NCBI GenBank assembly: GCA_964016885.1
Contig: OZ024743.1
Span: forward strand, 181,474,001 to 181,538,000
Reading direction: 5' to 3'
Length of the DNA: 64,000 nucleotides
Source of the DNA: Eledone cirrhosa
Lineage: Eukaryota
This document shows, one piece after another, positions 40,068-54,050 of the stretch. A program made the translations under genes and the position numbers. The notes under the pieces were generated by a model, which worked only from the letters and a program-made list of their open reading frames with translations, had not been told where the DNA came from and made no database searches. Each line of letters starts with the position of its first letter. Positions within the stretch are counted from its first letter, which is position 1.

Positions 40068-43000
40068 ATTGGTGGTGGTTTGGTAATTGTGTTGTTGTTG
40101 TTGTTGTTATTGTTGGTGGTTTCGTAATTGTGTTGTTGTTGTTGTTTTTATTGGTGGTGATTTGGTAATTGTATTGTTGTTGTTGTTGTTATTGGTGGTG
40201 ATTTGTTAATTGTGTTGTTGTTGTTGTTATTATTGGTGGTGGTTTGGTATTTGTGTTGTTGTTGTTGTTATTGGTGGAGGTTTACTGATTGTGTTGTTGT
40301 TGTTGTTGTTATTGGTGGTGGTTTGGTAATTGTGTTGATGTTGTTATTATTGGTGGTGGTTTGGTAATTGTGTTGTTGTTGTTGTTGTTATTGGTGGTGA
40401 TTTGGTAATTGTGTTGTTGTTGTTGTTTTTATTGGTGGTGGTTTGGTAATTGTGTTGTTGTTGTTGTTATTATTGGTGGTGGTTTGGTAATTGTGTTGTT
40501 GTTGTTGTTATTGGTGGAGGTTTGGTAATTGTGTCGTTGTTGTTGTTGTTATTGATGGTGGTTTGGTAATTGTGTTGTTGTTGTTGTTGTTGTTGTTATT
40601 GGTGGTGGTTTGGTAATTGTGTTGTTGTTGTTGTTATTGGTGGAGGTTTGGTAATTGTGTTGTTGTTGTTGTTGTTGTTATTGGTGGTGATTTGGTAATT
40701 GTGTTGTTGTTGTTGTTGTTATTGGTGGTGATTTGGTAATTGTGTTGTTGTTGTTGTTATTATTGGTGGTGGTTTGGTAATTGTGTTGTTGTTGTTATTG
40801 GTGGAGGTTTGGTGATTGTGTTGTTGTTGTTGTTGTTATTGGTGGTGGTTTGGTAATTGTGTTTTTGTTGTTGTTATTATTGGTGGTGGTTTGGTAATTG
40901 TGTTGTTGTTGTTGTTGTTGTTGTTATTGGTGGTGGTTTGGTAATTGTGTTGTTGTTGTTGTTGTTGTTATTGGTGGTGGTTTGGTAATTCTGTTGTTGT
41001 TGTTGTTGTTATTGGTGGTGATTTGGTAATTGTGTTGTTGTTGTTGTTATTATTGGTGGTGGTTTGGTAATTGTATTGTTGTTGTTATTGGTGGTTGTTT
41101 GGTAATTGTGTTGTTGTTGTTGTTGTTATTGGTGGTGGTTTGGTAATTGTCTTTTGTTGTTGTTGTTATTGGTGGTGGTTTGGTAATTGTGTTGTTGTGG
41201 TTGTTGTTGTTGTTGTTATTATTGGTGGTGGTGTGTTAATTGTGTTGTTGTTGTTGTTGTTATTGGTGGTGGTTTGGTAATTGTGATGTTGTTGTTGTTG
41301 TTGTTATTGGTGGTGGTTTGTTAATTGTGATGTTTTTGTTGTTGTTGTTGTTATTGGTGGTGGGTTGGTAATTGTGTTGTTGTTGTTGTTGTTATTGTTA
41401 TTGTTGGTGTTTTGGTAATTGTGTTGTTGTTGTTGTTGTTGTTGTTATTGGTGGTGGTTTGGTAATTGTGTTGTTGTTGTTGTTGTTATTGTTGGTGGTT
41501 TCGTAATTGTGTTGTTGTTGTTGTTGTTATTGGTGGTGATTTGGTAATTGTGTTGTTGTTGTTGTTGTTATTGGTGGTGATTTGTTAATTGTGTTGTTGT
41601 TGTTGTTATTATTGGTGGTGGTTTGGTAATTGTGTTGTTGTTGTTATTGGTGGAGGTTTACTGATTGTGTTGTTGTTGTTGTTGTTATTGGTGGTGGTTT
41701 GGTAATTGTGTTGTTGTTGTTATTATTGCTGGTGGTTTGGTAATTGTGTTGTTGTTGTTGTTGTTATTGGTGGTCATTTGGTAATTGTGTTGTTGTTGTT
41801 GTTGTTATTGGTGGTGGTTTGGTAATTGTGTTGTTGTTGTTGTTGTTGTTATTGGTGGTGATTTGGTAATTGTGTTGTTGTTGTTGTTGTTGTTACTGGT
41901 GGTGATTCGGTAATTATGTTGTTGTTGTTATTATTGGTGGTGGTTTGGTAATTGTGTTGTTGTTGTTGTTATTATTGGTGGTGGTTTGGTAATTGTGTTG
42001 TTGTTGTTGTTGTTATTGGTGGAGGTTTGGTAATTGTGTCGTTGTTGTTGTTGTTATTGGTGGTGGTTCGGTAATTGTGTTGTTGTTGTTGTTGTTGTTG
42101 TTATTATTGGTGGTGGTTTGGTAATTGTGTTGTTGTTGTTGTTGTTACTGGTGGTGATTTGGTAATTATGTTGTTGTTGTTATTATTGGTGGTGGTTTGG
42201 TAATTGTGTTGTTGTTGTTGTTATTATTGGTGGTGGTTTGGTAATTGTGTTGTTGTTGTTGTTATTGGTGGAGGTTTGGTAATTGTGTTGTTGTTGTTGT
42301 TGTTGTTATTGGTGGTGATTTGGTAATTGTGTTGTTGTTGTTATTGGTGGTGGTTTGGTAATTGTGTTGTTGTTGTTATTGGTGGAGGTTTGGTGATTGT
42401 GTTGTTGTTGTTGTTGTTATTGGTGGTGGTTTGGTAATTGTGTTTTTGTTGTTGTTATTATTGGTGGTGGTTTGGTAATTGTGTTGTTGTTGTTGTTATT
42501 ATTGGTGGTGGTTTGGTAATTGTGTTTTTGTTGTTGTTATTATTGGTGGTGGTTTGGTAATTGTGTTGTTGTTGTTGTTGTTGTTATTGGTGGTGGTTTG
42601 GTAATTGTGTTGATGTTGTTGTTATTGGTGGTGGTTTGGTGATTGTGTTGTTGTTGTTGTTGTTATTGGTGGTGGTTTGGTAATTGTGTTGTTGTTGTTG
42701 TTATTATTGGTGGTGATTTGGTAATTGTGTTGTTGTTGTTGTTATTGGTGGTGGTTTGGTAATTGTGTTGTTGTTGTTGTTGTTATTGGTGGTGGTTTGG
42801 TAATTGTGTTGATTTTGTTGTTATTGGTGGTGGTTTGGTAATTGTGTTGTTGTTGTTGTTGTTGTTATTGGTGGTGATTTGGTAATTGTGTTGTTCTTGT
42901 TGTTGTTATTGGTGGTTTTTTTTGTAATTGTGTTGTTGTTGTTGTTGTTGTTGTTATTGGTGGTGGTTTGGTAATTGTGTTGTTGTTGTTGTTATTGGTG

Positions 43001-43549
43001 GAGGTTTGGTAATTGTGTTGTTGTTGTTGTTGTTGTTATTGGTGGTGATTTGGTAATTGTGTTGTTCTTGTTGTTGTTATTGGTGGTGATTTGGTAATTG
43101 TGTTGTTGTTGTTGTTGTTATTGATTGTGGTTTGGTAATTGCGTTGTTGTTGTTGTTGTTATTATTGGTGGTGGTTTGGTAATTGTGTTGTTGTTGTTGT
43201 TGTTATTGGTGGTGGTTTGGTAATTGTGTTGTTGTTGTTGTTATTATTGGTGGTGGTTTGGTAATTGTGTTGTTGTTATTGTTGTTATTGGTGGTGGTTT
43301 GGTAATTGTGTTGTTGTTGTTGTTATTATTGGTGGTGGTTTGGTAATTGTGTTGTTGTTGTTGTTATTATTGGTGGTGGTTTGCTAATTGTGTTGTTGTT
43401 GTTGTTATTGGTGGTAGTTTGGTAATTGTGTTGTTGTTGTTGTTATTATTGGTGTTGGTTTGGTAATTGTGTTGTTGTTGTTGTTATTGGTGGTGGTTTG
43501 GTGATTGTGTTGTTGTTGTTATTATTGGTGGTGGTTTGGTAATTGTGTT

Positions 43550-44970
43550 GTTGTTGTTGTTGTTATTGGTGGTGGTTTGGTAATTATGTTGTTGTTGTTG
43601 TTGTTGTTGTTATTGGTGGTGGTTTAGTAATTGTGTTGTTGTTGTAGTTGTTATTATTGGTGGTGGTTTGGTAATTGTGTTGTTGTTGTAGTTATTGGTG
43701 GTGGTTTGGTAATTGTGTTGTTGTTTTTGTTGTTATTGGTGGTGGTTTGGTAATTGTGTTGTTGTTGTTGTTATTGGTGGTGATTTGGTAATTGTGTTTT
43801 TGTTGTTGTTGTTATTGATTGTGGTTTGGTAATTGCGTTGTTGTTGTTGTTGTTATTATTGGTGGTGATTTGGTAATTGTGTTGTTGTTGTTGTTGTTAC
43901 TGGTGGTGGTTTGGTAATTGTGTTTTTGTTGTTCTTGTTATTGGTGGTGGTTTGGTGATTTTGTTGTTGTTGTTGTTGTTGTTATTGGTGGTGGTTTTGT
44001 AATTGTGTTGTTGTTGTTGTTGTTATTATTGATGGTGGTTTGGTAATTGTGTTGTTGTTGGTGTTGTTATTGGTGGTGGTTTGGTAATTGTGTTGTTGTT
44101 GTTGTTATTATTGGTGGTAGTTTGGTAATTGTGTCGTTGTTGTTGTTATTGGTGGTGGTTTGGTGATTGTGTTGTTGTTGTTGTTGTTGTTATTGGTGGT
44201 GGTTCGGTAATTGTGTTGTTGTTGTTGTTGTTGTTATTGAGGTGGTTTGGTAATTGTGTTGTTGTTGTTGTTATTATTGGTGGTGGTTTGGTAATTGTGT
44301 TGTTGTTGTTGTTATTATTGGTGGTGGTTTGGTAATTGTGTTGTTGTTGTTGTTATTATTGGTGGTGGTTTGGTGATTGTGTTGTTGTTGTTGTTGTTGT
44401 TATTGGTGGTGGTTTGGTAATTGTGTTGTTGTTGTTGTTATTATTGGTGGTGGTTTGGTGATTGTGTTGTTGTTGTTATTATTGGTGGTGGTTTGGTAAT
44501 TGTGTTGTTGTTGTTGTTGTTATTGTTGGAGGTGGTTTGGTAATTGTGTTGTTGTTGTTGTTGTTGTTATTGGTGGTGGTTTGGTAATTGTGTTGTTGTT
44601 GTTGTTATTATTGGTGGTGGTTTGGTAATTGTGTTGTTGTTGTTGTTGTTGTTGTTATTGGTGGTGGTTTAGTAATTGTGTTGTTGTTGTTGTTGTTGTT
44701 GTTATTGGGGTGGTTTGGTAATTGTGTTGTTGTTGTTGTTATTATTGGTGGTGGTTTGGTAATTGTGTTGTTGTTGTTGTTATTATTGGTGGTGGTTTGG
44801 TAATTGTGTTTTTGTTGTTGTTGTTGTTATTGGTGGTGGTTTGGTAATTGTGTTGTTGTTGTTGTTATTATTGGTGGTGGTTTGGTAATTGTGTTGTTGT
44901 TGTTGTTATTGGTGGTGGTTTGGTAATTGTGTTGTTGTTGTTGTTATTATTGGTGGTGGTTTGGTAATTG

Positions 44971-45004
<34 letters not shown>

Positions 45005-47307
45005 ATTGGTGGTGGTTTGGTAATTATGTTGTTGTTGTTGTTATTGGTGGAGGTTTGGTAATTGTGTTGCTGTTGTTGTTGTTATTGGCGGTGGTTTGGT
45101 GATTGTGTTGTTGTTGTTGTTGTTATTGGTGGTGGTTTGGTAATTGTGTTGTTGTTGTTGTTATTATTGGTGGTGGTTTGGTAATTGTGTTGTTGTTGTT
45201 GTTGTTATTGGTGGTGGTTTGGTAATTGTGTTGATGTTGTTGTTATTGTTGTTGTTGTTATTAGTGGCGTTTGGTAATTGTGTTGTGTTGTTATTGGTGG
45301 TGGTTTGCTAATTGTGTTGTTGTTGTTGTTGTTGTTATTGGTGGTGGTTTGGTAATTGTGTTGTTGTTGTTGTTGTTGTTATTGGTGGTGGTTTGGTAAT
45401 TGTGTTGTTGTTGTTATTATTGGTGGTGGTTTGGTAATTGTGTTGTTGTTGTTGTTGTTATTGGTGGTGGTTTGGTAATTGTCTTTTGTTGTTGTTGTTA
45501 TTGGTGGTGGTTTGGTAATTGTGTTGTTGTGGTTGTTGTTGTTGTTGTTATTATTGGTGGTGGTGTGTTAATTGTGTTGTTGTTGTTGTTGTTATTGGTG
45601 GTGGTTTGGTAATTGTGATGTTGTTGTTGTTGTTATTGGTGGTGGTTTGTTAATTGTGATGTTTTTGTTGTTGTTGTTGTTATTGGTGGTGGGTTGGTAA
45701 TTGTGTTGTTGTTGTTGTTGTTATTGTTATTGTTGGTGTTTTGGTAATTGTGTTGTTGTTGTTGTTGTTGTTGTTATTGATGGTGGTTTGGTAATTGTGT
45801 TGTTGTTGTTGTTGTTATTGGTGGTGGTTTGGTAATTATGTTGTTGTTGTTGTTGTTGTTGTTATTGGTGGTGGTTTAGTAATTGTGTTGTTGTTGTAGT
45901 TGTTATTATTGGTGGTGGTTTGGTAATTGTGTTGTTGTTGTAGTTATTGGTGGTGGTTTGGTAATTGTGTTGTTGTTTTTGTTGTTATTGGTGGTGGTTT
46001 GGTAATTGTGTTGTTGTTGTTGTTATTGGTGGTGATTTGGTAATTGTGTTTTTGTTGTTGTTGTTATTGATTGTGGTTTGGTAATTGCGTTGTTGTTGTT
46101 GTTGTTATTATTGGTGGTGATTTGGTAATTGTGTTGTTGTTGTTGTTGTTACTGGTGGTGGTTTGGTAATTGTGTTTTTGTTGTTCTTGTTATTGGTGGT
46201 GGTTTGGTGATTTTGTTGTTGTTGTTGTTGTTGTTATTGGTGGTGGTTTTGTAATTGTGTTGTTGTTGTTGTTGTTATTATTGATGGTGGTTTGGTAATT
46301 GTGTTGTTGTTGGTGTTGTTATTGGTGGTGGTTTGGTAATTGTGTTGTTGTTGTTGTTATTATTGGTGGTAGTTTGGTAATTGTGTCGTTGTTGTTGTTA
46401 TTGGTGGTGGTTTGGTGATTGTGTTGTTGTTGTTGTTGTTGTTATTGGTGGTGGTTCGGTAATTGTGTTGTTGTTGTTGTTGTTGTTATTGAGGTGGTTT
46501 GGTAATTGTGTTGTTGTTGTTGTTATTATTGGTGGTGGTTTGGTAATTGTGTTGTTGTTGTTGTTATTATTGGTGGTGGTTTGGTAATTGTGTTTTTGTT
46601 GTTGTTGTTGTTATTGGTGGTGGTTTGGTAATTGTGTTGTTGTTGTTGTTATTATTGGTGGTGGTTTGGTAATTGTGTTGTTGTTGTTGTTATTATTGGT
46701 GGTGGTTTGGTGATTGTGTTGTTGTTGTTGTTGTTGTTATTGGTGGTGGTTTGGTAATTGTGTTGTTGTTGTTGTTATTATTGGTGGTGGTTTGGTGATT
46801 GTGTTGTTGTTGTTATTATTGGTGGTGGTTTGGTAATTGTGTTGTTGTTGTTGTTGTTATTGTTGGAGGTGGTTTGGTAATTGTGTTGTTGTTGTTGTTG
46901 TTGTTATTGGTGGTGGTTTGGTAATTGTGTTGTTGTTGTTGTTATTATTGGTGGTGGTTTGGTAATTGTGTTGTTGTTGTTGTTGTTGTTGTTATTGGTG
47001 GTGGTTTAGTAATTGTGTTGTTGTTGTTGTTGTTGTTGTTATTGGGGTGGTTTGGTAATTGTGTTGTTGTTGTTGTTATTATTGGTGGTGGTTTGGTAAT
47101 TGTGTTGTTGTTGTTGTTATTATTGGTGGTGGTTTGGTAATTGTGTTTTTGTTGTTGTTGTTGTTATTGGTGGTGGTTTGGTAATTGTGTTGTTGTTGTT
47201 GTTATTATTGGTGGTGGTTTGGTAATTGTGTTGTTGTTGTTGTTATTGGTGGTGGTTTGGTAATTGTGTTGTTGTTGTTGTTATTATTGGTGGTGGTTTG
47301 GTAATTG

Positions 47308-47350
<43 letters not shown>

Positions 47351-48140
47351 ATTGGTGGTGGTTTGGTAATTATGTTGTTGTTGTTGTTATTGGTGGAGGT
47401 TTGGTAATTGTGTTGCTGTTGTTGTTGTTATTGGCGGTGGTTTGGTGATTGTGTTGTTGTTGTTGTTGTTATTGGTGGTGGTTTGGTAATTGTGTTGTTG
47501 TTGTTGTTATTATTGGTGGTGGTTTGGTAATTGTGTTGTTGTTGTTGTTGTTATTGGTGGTGGTTTGGTAATTGTGTTGATGTTGTTGTTATTGTTGTTG
47601 TTGTTATTAGTGGCGTTTGGTAATTGTGTTGTGTTGTTATTGGTGGTGGTTTGCTAATTGTGTTGTTGTTGTTGTTGTTGTTATTGGTGGTGGTTTGGTA
47701 ATTGTGTTGTTGTTGTTGTTGTTGTTATTGGTGGTGGTTTGGTAATTGTGTTGTTGTTGTTATTATTGGTGGTGGTTTGGTAATTGTGTTGTTGTTGTTG
47801 TTGTTATTGGTGGTGGTTTGGTAATTGTCTTTTGTTGTTGTTGTTATTGGTGGTGGTTTGGTAATTGTGTTGTTGTGGTTGTTGTTATTGTTGTTATTAT
47901 TGGTGGTGGTGTGTTAATTGTGTTGTTGTTGTTGTTGTTATTGGTGGTGGTTTGGTAATTGTGATGTTGTTGTTGTTGTTATTGGTGGTGGTTTGTTAAT
48001 TGTGATGTTTTTGTTGTTGTTGTTGTTATTGGTGGTGGGTTGGTAATTGTGTTGTTGTTGTTGTTGTTATTGTTATTGTTGGTGTTTTGGTAATTGTGTT
48101 GTTGTTGTTGTTGTTGTTGTTATTGATGGTGGTTTGGTAA
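43550..48140 (+). repeat. Nested 2.25-2.35-kb tandem duplication, copied again at ~54,410-59,000
   Basis: ORF pairs 44129/46381 (offset 2252), 44588/46925 (2337) and 45400/47746 (2346). AGTGGCG at 45263/47609 and 56127/58464. The 85-bp offset change equals two monomers (44+41) missing from the first copy. Confidence 0.9.
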
Positions 48141-50367
48141 TTGTGTTGTTGTTGTTGTTGTTATTGTTGGTGGTTTCGTAATTGTGTTGTTGTTGTTGTT
48201 GTTATTGGTGGTGATTTGGTAATTGTGTTGTTGTTGTTGTTGTTGTTATTGGTGGTGATTTGTTAATTGTGTTGTTGTTGTTGTTATTATTGGTGGTGGT
48301 TTGGTAATTGTGTTGTTGTTGTTATTATTGCTGGTGGTTTGGTAATTGTGTTGTTGTTGTTGTTGTTATTGGTGGTGATTTGGTAATTGTGTTGTTGTTG
48401 TTGTTGTTATTGGTGGTGGTTTGGTAATTGTGTTGTTGTTGTTGTTGTTATTGGTGGTGATTTGGTAATTGTGTTGTTGTTGTTGTTATTGGTGGTGATT
48501 TGGTAATTATGTTGTTGTTGTTATTATTGGTGGTGGTTTGGTAATTGTGTTGTTGTTGTTGTTATTATTAGTGGTGGTTTGGTAATTGTGTTGTTGTTGT
48601 TGTTGTTGTTATTGGTGGAGGTTTGGTAATTGTGTCGTTGTTGTTGTTGTTATTGGTGGTGGTTTGGTAATTGTGTTGTTGTTGTTGTTGTTGTTATTGT
48701 TGGTGATATGGTAATTGTGTTGTTGTTGTTGTTGTTGTTGTTATTGGTGGTGGTTTGGTAATTGTGTTGTTGTTGTTGTTATTGGTGGAGGTTTGGTAAT
48801 TGTGTTGTTGTTGTTATTGTTGTTGTTATTGGTGGTGGTTTGGTAATTGTGTTGTTGTTGTTGTTGTTATTGGTGGTGATTTGGTAATTGTGTTGTTGTT
48901 GTTGTTGTTATTGGTGGTGGTTTGGTAATTGTGTTGTTGTTGTTGTTGTTGTTATTGGTGGTGGTTTGGTAATTGTGTTGTTGTTGTTGTTGTTGTTATT
49001 GGTGGTGATTTGGTAATTATGTTGTTGTTGTTGTTATTATTGGTGGTGGTTTGGTAATTGTGTTGTTGTTGTTGTTATTATTGGTGGTGGTTTGGTAATT
49101 GTGTTGTTGTTGTTGTTATTATTGGTGGTGGTTTGGTAATTGTGTCGTTGTTGTTGTTGTTGTTATTGGTGGTGATTTGGTAATTATGTTGTTGTTGTTG
49201 TTATTATTGGTGGTGGTTTGGTAATTGTGTTGTTGTTGTTGTTATTATTGGTGGTGGTTTGGTAATTGTGTTGTTGTTGTTGTTGTTGTTATTGGTGGAG
49301 GTTTGGTAATTGTGTCGTTGTTGTTGTTGTTATCGGTGGTGGTTCGGTAATTGTGTTGTTGTTGTTGTTATTGGTGGTGGTTTGGTAATTGTGTTGTTGT
49401 TGTTGTTATTGGTGGAGGTTTGGTAATTGTGTTGTTGTTGTTGTTGTTGTTATTGGTGGTGATTTGGTAATTGTGTTGTTGTTGTTGTTGTTATTGGTGG
49501 TGATTTGGTAATTGTGTTGTTGTTGTTGTTATTATTGGTGGTGGTTTGGTAATTGTATTGTTGTTGTTATTGGTGGAGGTTTGGTGATTGTGTTGTTGTT
49601 GTTGTTGTTATTGGTGGTGGTTTGGTAATTGTGTTTTTGTTGTTGTTATTATTGGTGGTGGTTTGGTAATTGTGTTGTTGTTGTTGTTGTTATTGGTGGT
49701 GGTTTGGTAATTGTGTTGATGTTGTTGTTATTGGTGGTGGTTTGGTGATTGTGTTGTTGTTGTTGTTGTTGTTATTGGTGGTGGTTTGGTAATTGTGTTG
49801 TTGTTGTTGTTATTATTGGTGGTGATTTGGTAATTGTGTTGTTGTTGTTGTTATTGGTGGTGGTTTGGTAATTGTGTTGATGTTGTTGTTATTGGTGGTG
49901 GATTGGTAATGGTGTTGTTGTTTCGGTTATTGTTATTATTGGTGGTGGTTTGGTAATTGTGTTGTTGTCGTTGTTGTTGTTGTTATTGGTGGTGGTTTGG
50001 TAATTGTGTTGTTGTTTTTGTTGTTGTTGTTGTTGTTATTGGTGGTGGTTTGGTAATTGTGTTCTTGCTGTTGTTATTATTGGTGGTGGTTTGGTAATTG
50101 TGTTGTTGTTGTTGTTGTTATTGGTGGTGGTTTGGTAATTGTGTTGTTGTTTGTCTTGTTGTTGTTGTTATTGGTGGTGGTTTGGTAATTGTGTTGTTGT
50201 TGTTGTTATTATTGGTGGTGGTGTGTTAATTGCGTTGTTGTTGTTGTTGTTATTGGTGGTGGTTTGGTAATTGTGATGTTGTTGTTGTTGTTGTTGTTAT
50301 TGGTGGTGGTTTGTTAATTGTGATGTTTTTGTTGTTGTTGTTGTTATTGGTGGTGGTTTGGTAATTG

Positions 50368-50398
<31 letters not shown>

Positions 50399-52819
50399 AT
50401 TGGTGGTGGTTTGGTAATTGTGTTGTTGTTGTTGTTGTTATTGTTGGTGGTTTCGTAATTGTGTTGTTGTTGTTGTTTTTATTGGTGGTGATTTGGTAAT
50501 TGTATTGTTGTTGTTGTTGTTATTGGTGGTGATTTGTTAATTGTGTTGTTGTTGTTGTTATTATTGGTGGTGGTTTGGTATTTGTGTTGTTGTTGTTGTT
50601 ATTGGTGGAGGTTTACTGATTGTGTTGTTGTTGTTGTTGTTATTGGTGGTGGTTTGGTAATTGTGTTGATGTTGTTATTATTGGTGGTGGTTTGGTAATT
50701 GTGTTGTTGTTGTTGTTGTTATTGGTGGTGATTTGGTAATTGTGTTGTTGTTGTTGTTTTTATTGGTGGTGGTTTGGTAATTGTGTTGTTGTTGTTGTTA
50801 TTATTGGTGGTGGTTTGGTAATTGTGTTGTTGTTGTTGTTATTGGTGGAGGTTTGGTAATTGTGTCGTTGTTGTTGTTGTTATTGATGGTGGTTTGGTAA
50901 TTGTGTTGTTGTTGTTGTTGTTGTTGTTATTGGTGGTGGTTTGGTAATTGTGTTGTTGTTGTTGTTATTGGTGGAGGTTTGGTAATTGTGTTGTTGTTGT
51001 TGTTGTTGTTATTGGTGGTGATTTGGTAATTGTGTTGTTGTTGTTGTTGTTATTGGTGGTGATTTGGTAATTGTGTTGTTGTTGTTGTTATTATTGGTGG
51101 TGGTTTGGTAATTGTGTTGTTGTTGTTATTGGTGGAGGTTTGGTGATTGTGTTGTTGTTGTTGTTGTTATTGGTGGTGGTTTGGTAATTGTGTTTTTGTT
51201 GTTGTTATTATTGGTGGTGGTTTGGTAATTGTGTTGTTGTTGTTGTTGTTGTTGTTATTGGTGGTGGTTTGGTAATTGTGTTGTTGTTGTTGTTGTTGTT
51301 ATTGGTGGTGGTTTGGTAATTCTGTTGTTGTTGTTGTTGTTATTGGTGGTGATTTGGTAATTGTGTTGTTGTTGTTGTTATTATTGGTGGTGGTTTGGTA
51401 ATTGTATTGTTGTTGTTATTGGTGGTGGTTTGGTAATTGTGTTGTTGTTGTTGTTGTTATTGGTGGTGGTTTGGTAATTGTCTTTTGTTGTTGTTGTTAT
51501 TGGTGGTGGTTTGGTAATTGTGTTGTTGTGGTTGTTGTTGTTGTTGTTATTATTGGTGGTGGTGTGTTAATTGTGTTGTTGTTGTTGTTGTTATTGGTGG
51601 TGGTTTGGTAATTGTGATGTTGTTGTTGTTGTTGTTGTTATTGGTGGTGGTTTGTTAATTGTGATGTTTTTGTTGTTGTTGTTGTTATTGGTGGTGGGTT
51701 GGTAATTGTGTTGTTGTTGTTGTTGTTATTGTTATTGTTGGTGTTTTGGTAATTGTGTTGTTGTTGTTGTTGTTGTTGTTATTGGTGGTGGTTTGGTAAT
51801 TGTGTTGTTGTTGTTGTTGTTATTGTTGGTGGTTTCGTAATTGTGTTGTTGTTGTTGTTGTTATTGGTGGTGATTTGGTAATTGTGTTGTTGTTGTTGTT
51901 GTTATTGGTGGTGATTTGTTAATTGTGTTGTTGTTGTTGTTATTATTGGTGGTGGTTTGGTAATTGTGTTGTTGTTGTTATTGGTGGAGGTTTACTGATT
52001 GTGTTGTTGTTGTTGTTGTTATTGGTGGTGGTTTGGTAATTGTGTTGTTGTTGTTATTATTGCTGGTGGTTTGGTAATTGTGTTGTTGTTGTTGTTGTTA
52101 TTGGTGGTGATTTGGTAATTGTGTTGTTGTTGTTGTTGTTATTGGTGGTGGTTTGGTAATTGTGTTGTTGTTGTTGTTGTTGTTATTGGTGGTGATTTGG
52201 TAATTGTGTTGTTGTTGTTGTTGTTGTTACTGGTGGTGATTTGGTAATTATGTTGTTGTTGTTATTATTGGTGGTGGTTTGGTAATTGTGTTGTTGTTGT
52301 TGTTATTATTGGTGGTGGTTTGGTAATTGTGTTGTTGTTGTTGTTGTTATTGGTGGAGGTTTGGTAATTGTGTCGTTGTTGTTGTTGTTATTGGTGGTGG
52401 TTCGGTAATTGTGTTGTTGTTGTTGTTGTTGTTGTTATTGGTGGTGGTTTGGTAATTGTGTTGTTGTTGTTGTTATTGGTGGAGGTTTGGTAATTGTGTT
52501 GTTGTTGTTGTTGTTGTTATTGGTGGTGATTTGGTAATTGTGTTGTTGTTGTTATTGGTGGTGGTTTGGTAATTGTGTTGTTGTTGTTATTGGTGGAGGT
52601 TTGGTGATTGTGTTGTTGTTGTTGTTGTTATTGGTGGTGGTTTGGTAATTGTGTTTTTGTTGTTGATATTATTGGTGGTGGTTTGGTAATTGTGTTGTTG
52701 TTGTTGTTATTATTGGTGGTGGTTTGGTAATTGTGTTTTTGTTGTTGTTATTATTGGTGGTGGTTTGGTAATTGTGTTGTTGTTGTTGTTGTTTTTATTG
52801 GTGGTGGTTTGGTAATTGT

Positions 52820-54050
52820 GTTGATGTTGTTGTTATTGGTGGTGGTTTGGTGATTGTGTTGTTGTTGTTGTTGTTTTGGTGGTGGTTTGGTAATTGTGTT
52901 GTTGTTGTTGTTATTATTGGTGGTGATTTGGTAATTGTGTTGTTGTTGTTGTTATTGGTGGTGGTTTGGTAATTGTGTTGTTGTTGTTGTTGTTATTGGT
53001 GGTGGTTTGGTAATTGTGTTGATTTTGTTGTTATTGGTGGTGGTTTGGTAATTGTGTTGTTGTTGTTGTTGTTGTTATTGGTGGTGATTTTGTAATTGTG
53101 TTGTTCTTGTTGTTGTTATTGGTGGTTTTTTTTGTAATTGTGTTGTTGTTGTTGTTGTTGTTGTTATTGGTGGTGGTTTGGTAATTGTGTTGTTGTTGTT
53201 GTTATTGGTGGAGGTTTGGTAATTGTGTTGTTGTTGTTGTTGTTGTTATTGGTGGTGATTTGGTAATTGTGTTGTTCTTGTTGTTGTTATTGGTGGTGAT
53301 TTGGTAATTGTGTTGTTGTTGTTGTTATTGATTGTGGTTTGGTAATTGCGTTGTTGTTGTTGTTGTTATTATTGGTGGTGGTTTGGTAATTGTGTTGTTG
53401 TTGTTGTTATTGGTGGTGGTTTGGTAATTGTGTTGTTGTTGTTGTTGTTATTGGTGGTGGTTTGGTAATTGTGTTGATTTTGTTGTTATTGGTGGTGGTT
53501 TGGTGATTGTGTTGTTGTTGTTGTTGTTATTGGTGGTGGTTTGGTAATTGTGTTGTTGTTGTTGTTATTATTGGTGGTGATTTGGTAATTGTGTTGTTGT
53601 TGTTGTTATTGGTGGTGGTTTGGTAATTGTGTTGTTGTTGTTGTTGTTATTGGTGGTGGTTTGGTAATTGTGTTGATTTTGTTGTTATTGGTGGTGGTTT
53701 GGTAATTGTGTTGTTGTTGTTGTTGTTGTTATTGGTGGTGATTTGGTAATTGTGTTGTTCTTGTTGTTGTTATTGGTGGTTTTTTTTGTAATTGTGTTGT
53801 TGTTGTTGTTGTTGTTGTTATTGGTGGTGGTTTGGTAATTGTGTTGTTGTTGTTGTTATTGGTGGAGGTTTGGTAATTGTGTTGTTGTTGTTGTTGTTGT
53901 TATTGGTGGTGATTTGGTAATTGTGTTGTTCTTGTTGTTGTTATTGGTGGTGATTTGGTAATTGTGTTGTTGTTGTTGTTGTTATTGATTGTGGTTTGGT
54001 AATTGCGTTGTTGTTGTTGTTGTTATTATTGGTGGTGGTTTGGTAATTGT
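52820..54050 (+). repeat. ~654-bp local duplication at the junction of the 10.86-kb copies
   Basis: GATTTT at 53021/53675 and GGTGG+poly-T at 53121/53775 (offset 654). GATTGTGG at 53330/53987 (offset 657). Confidence 0.85.
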
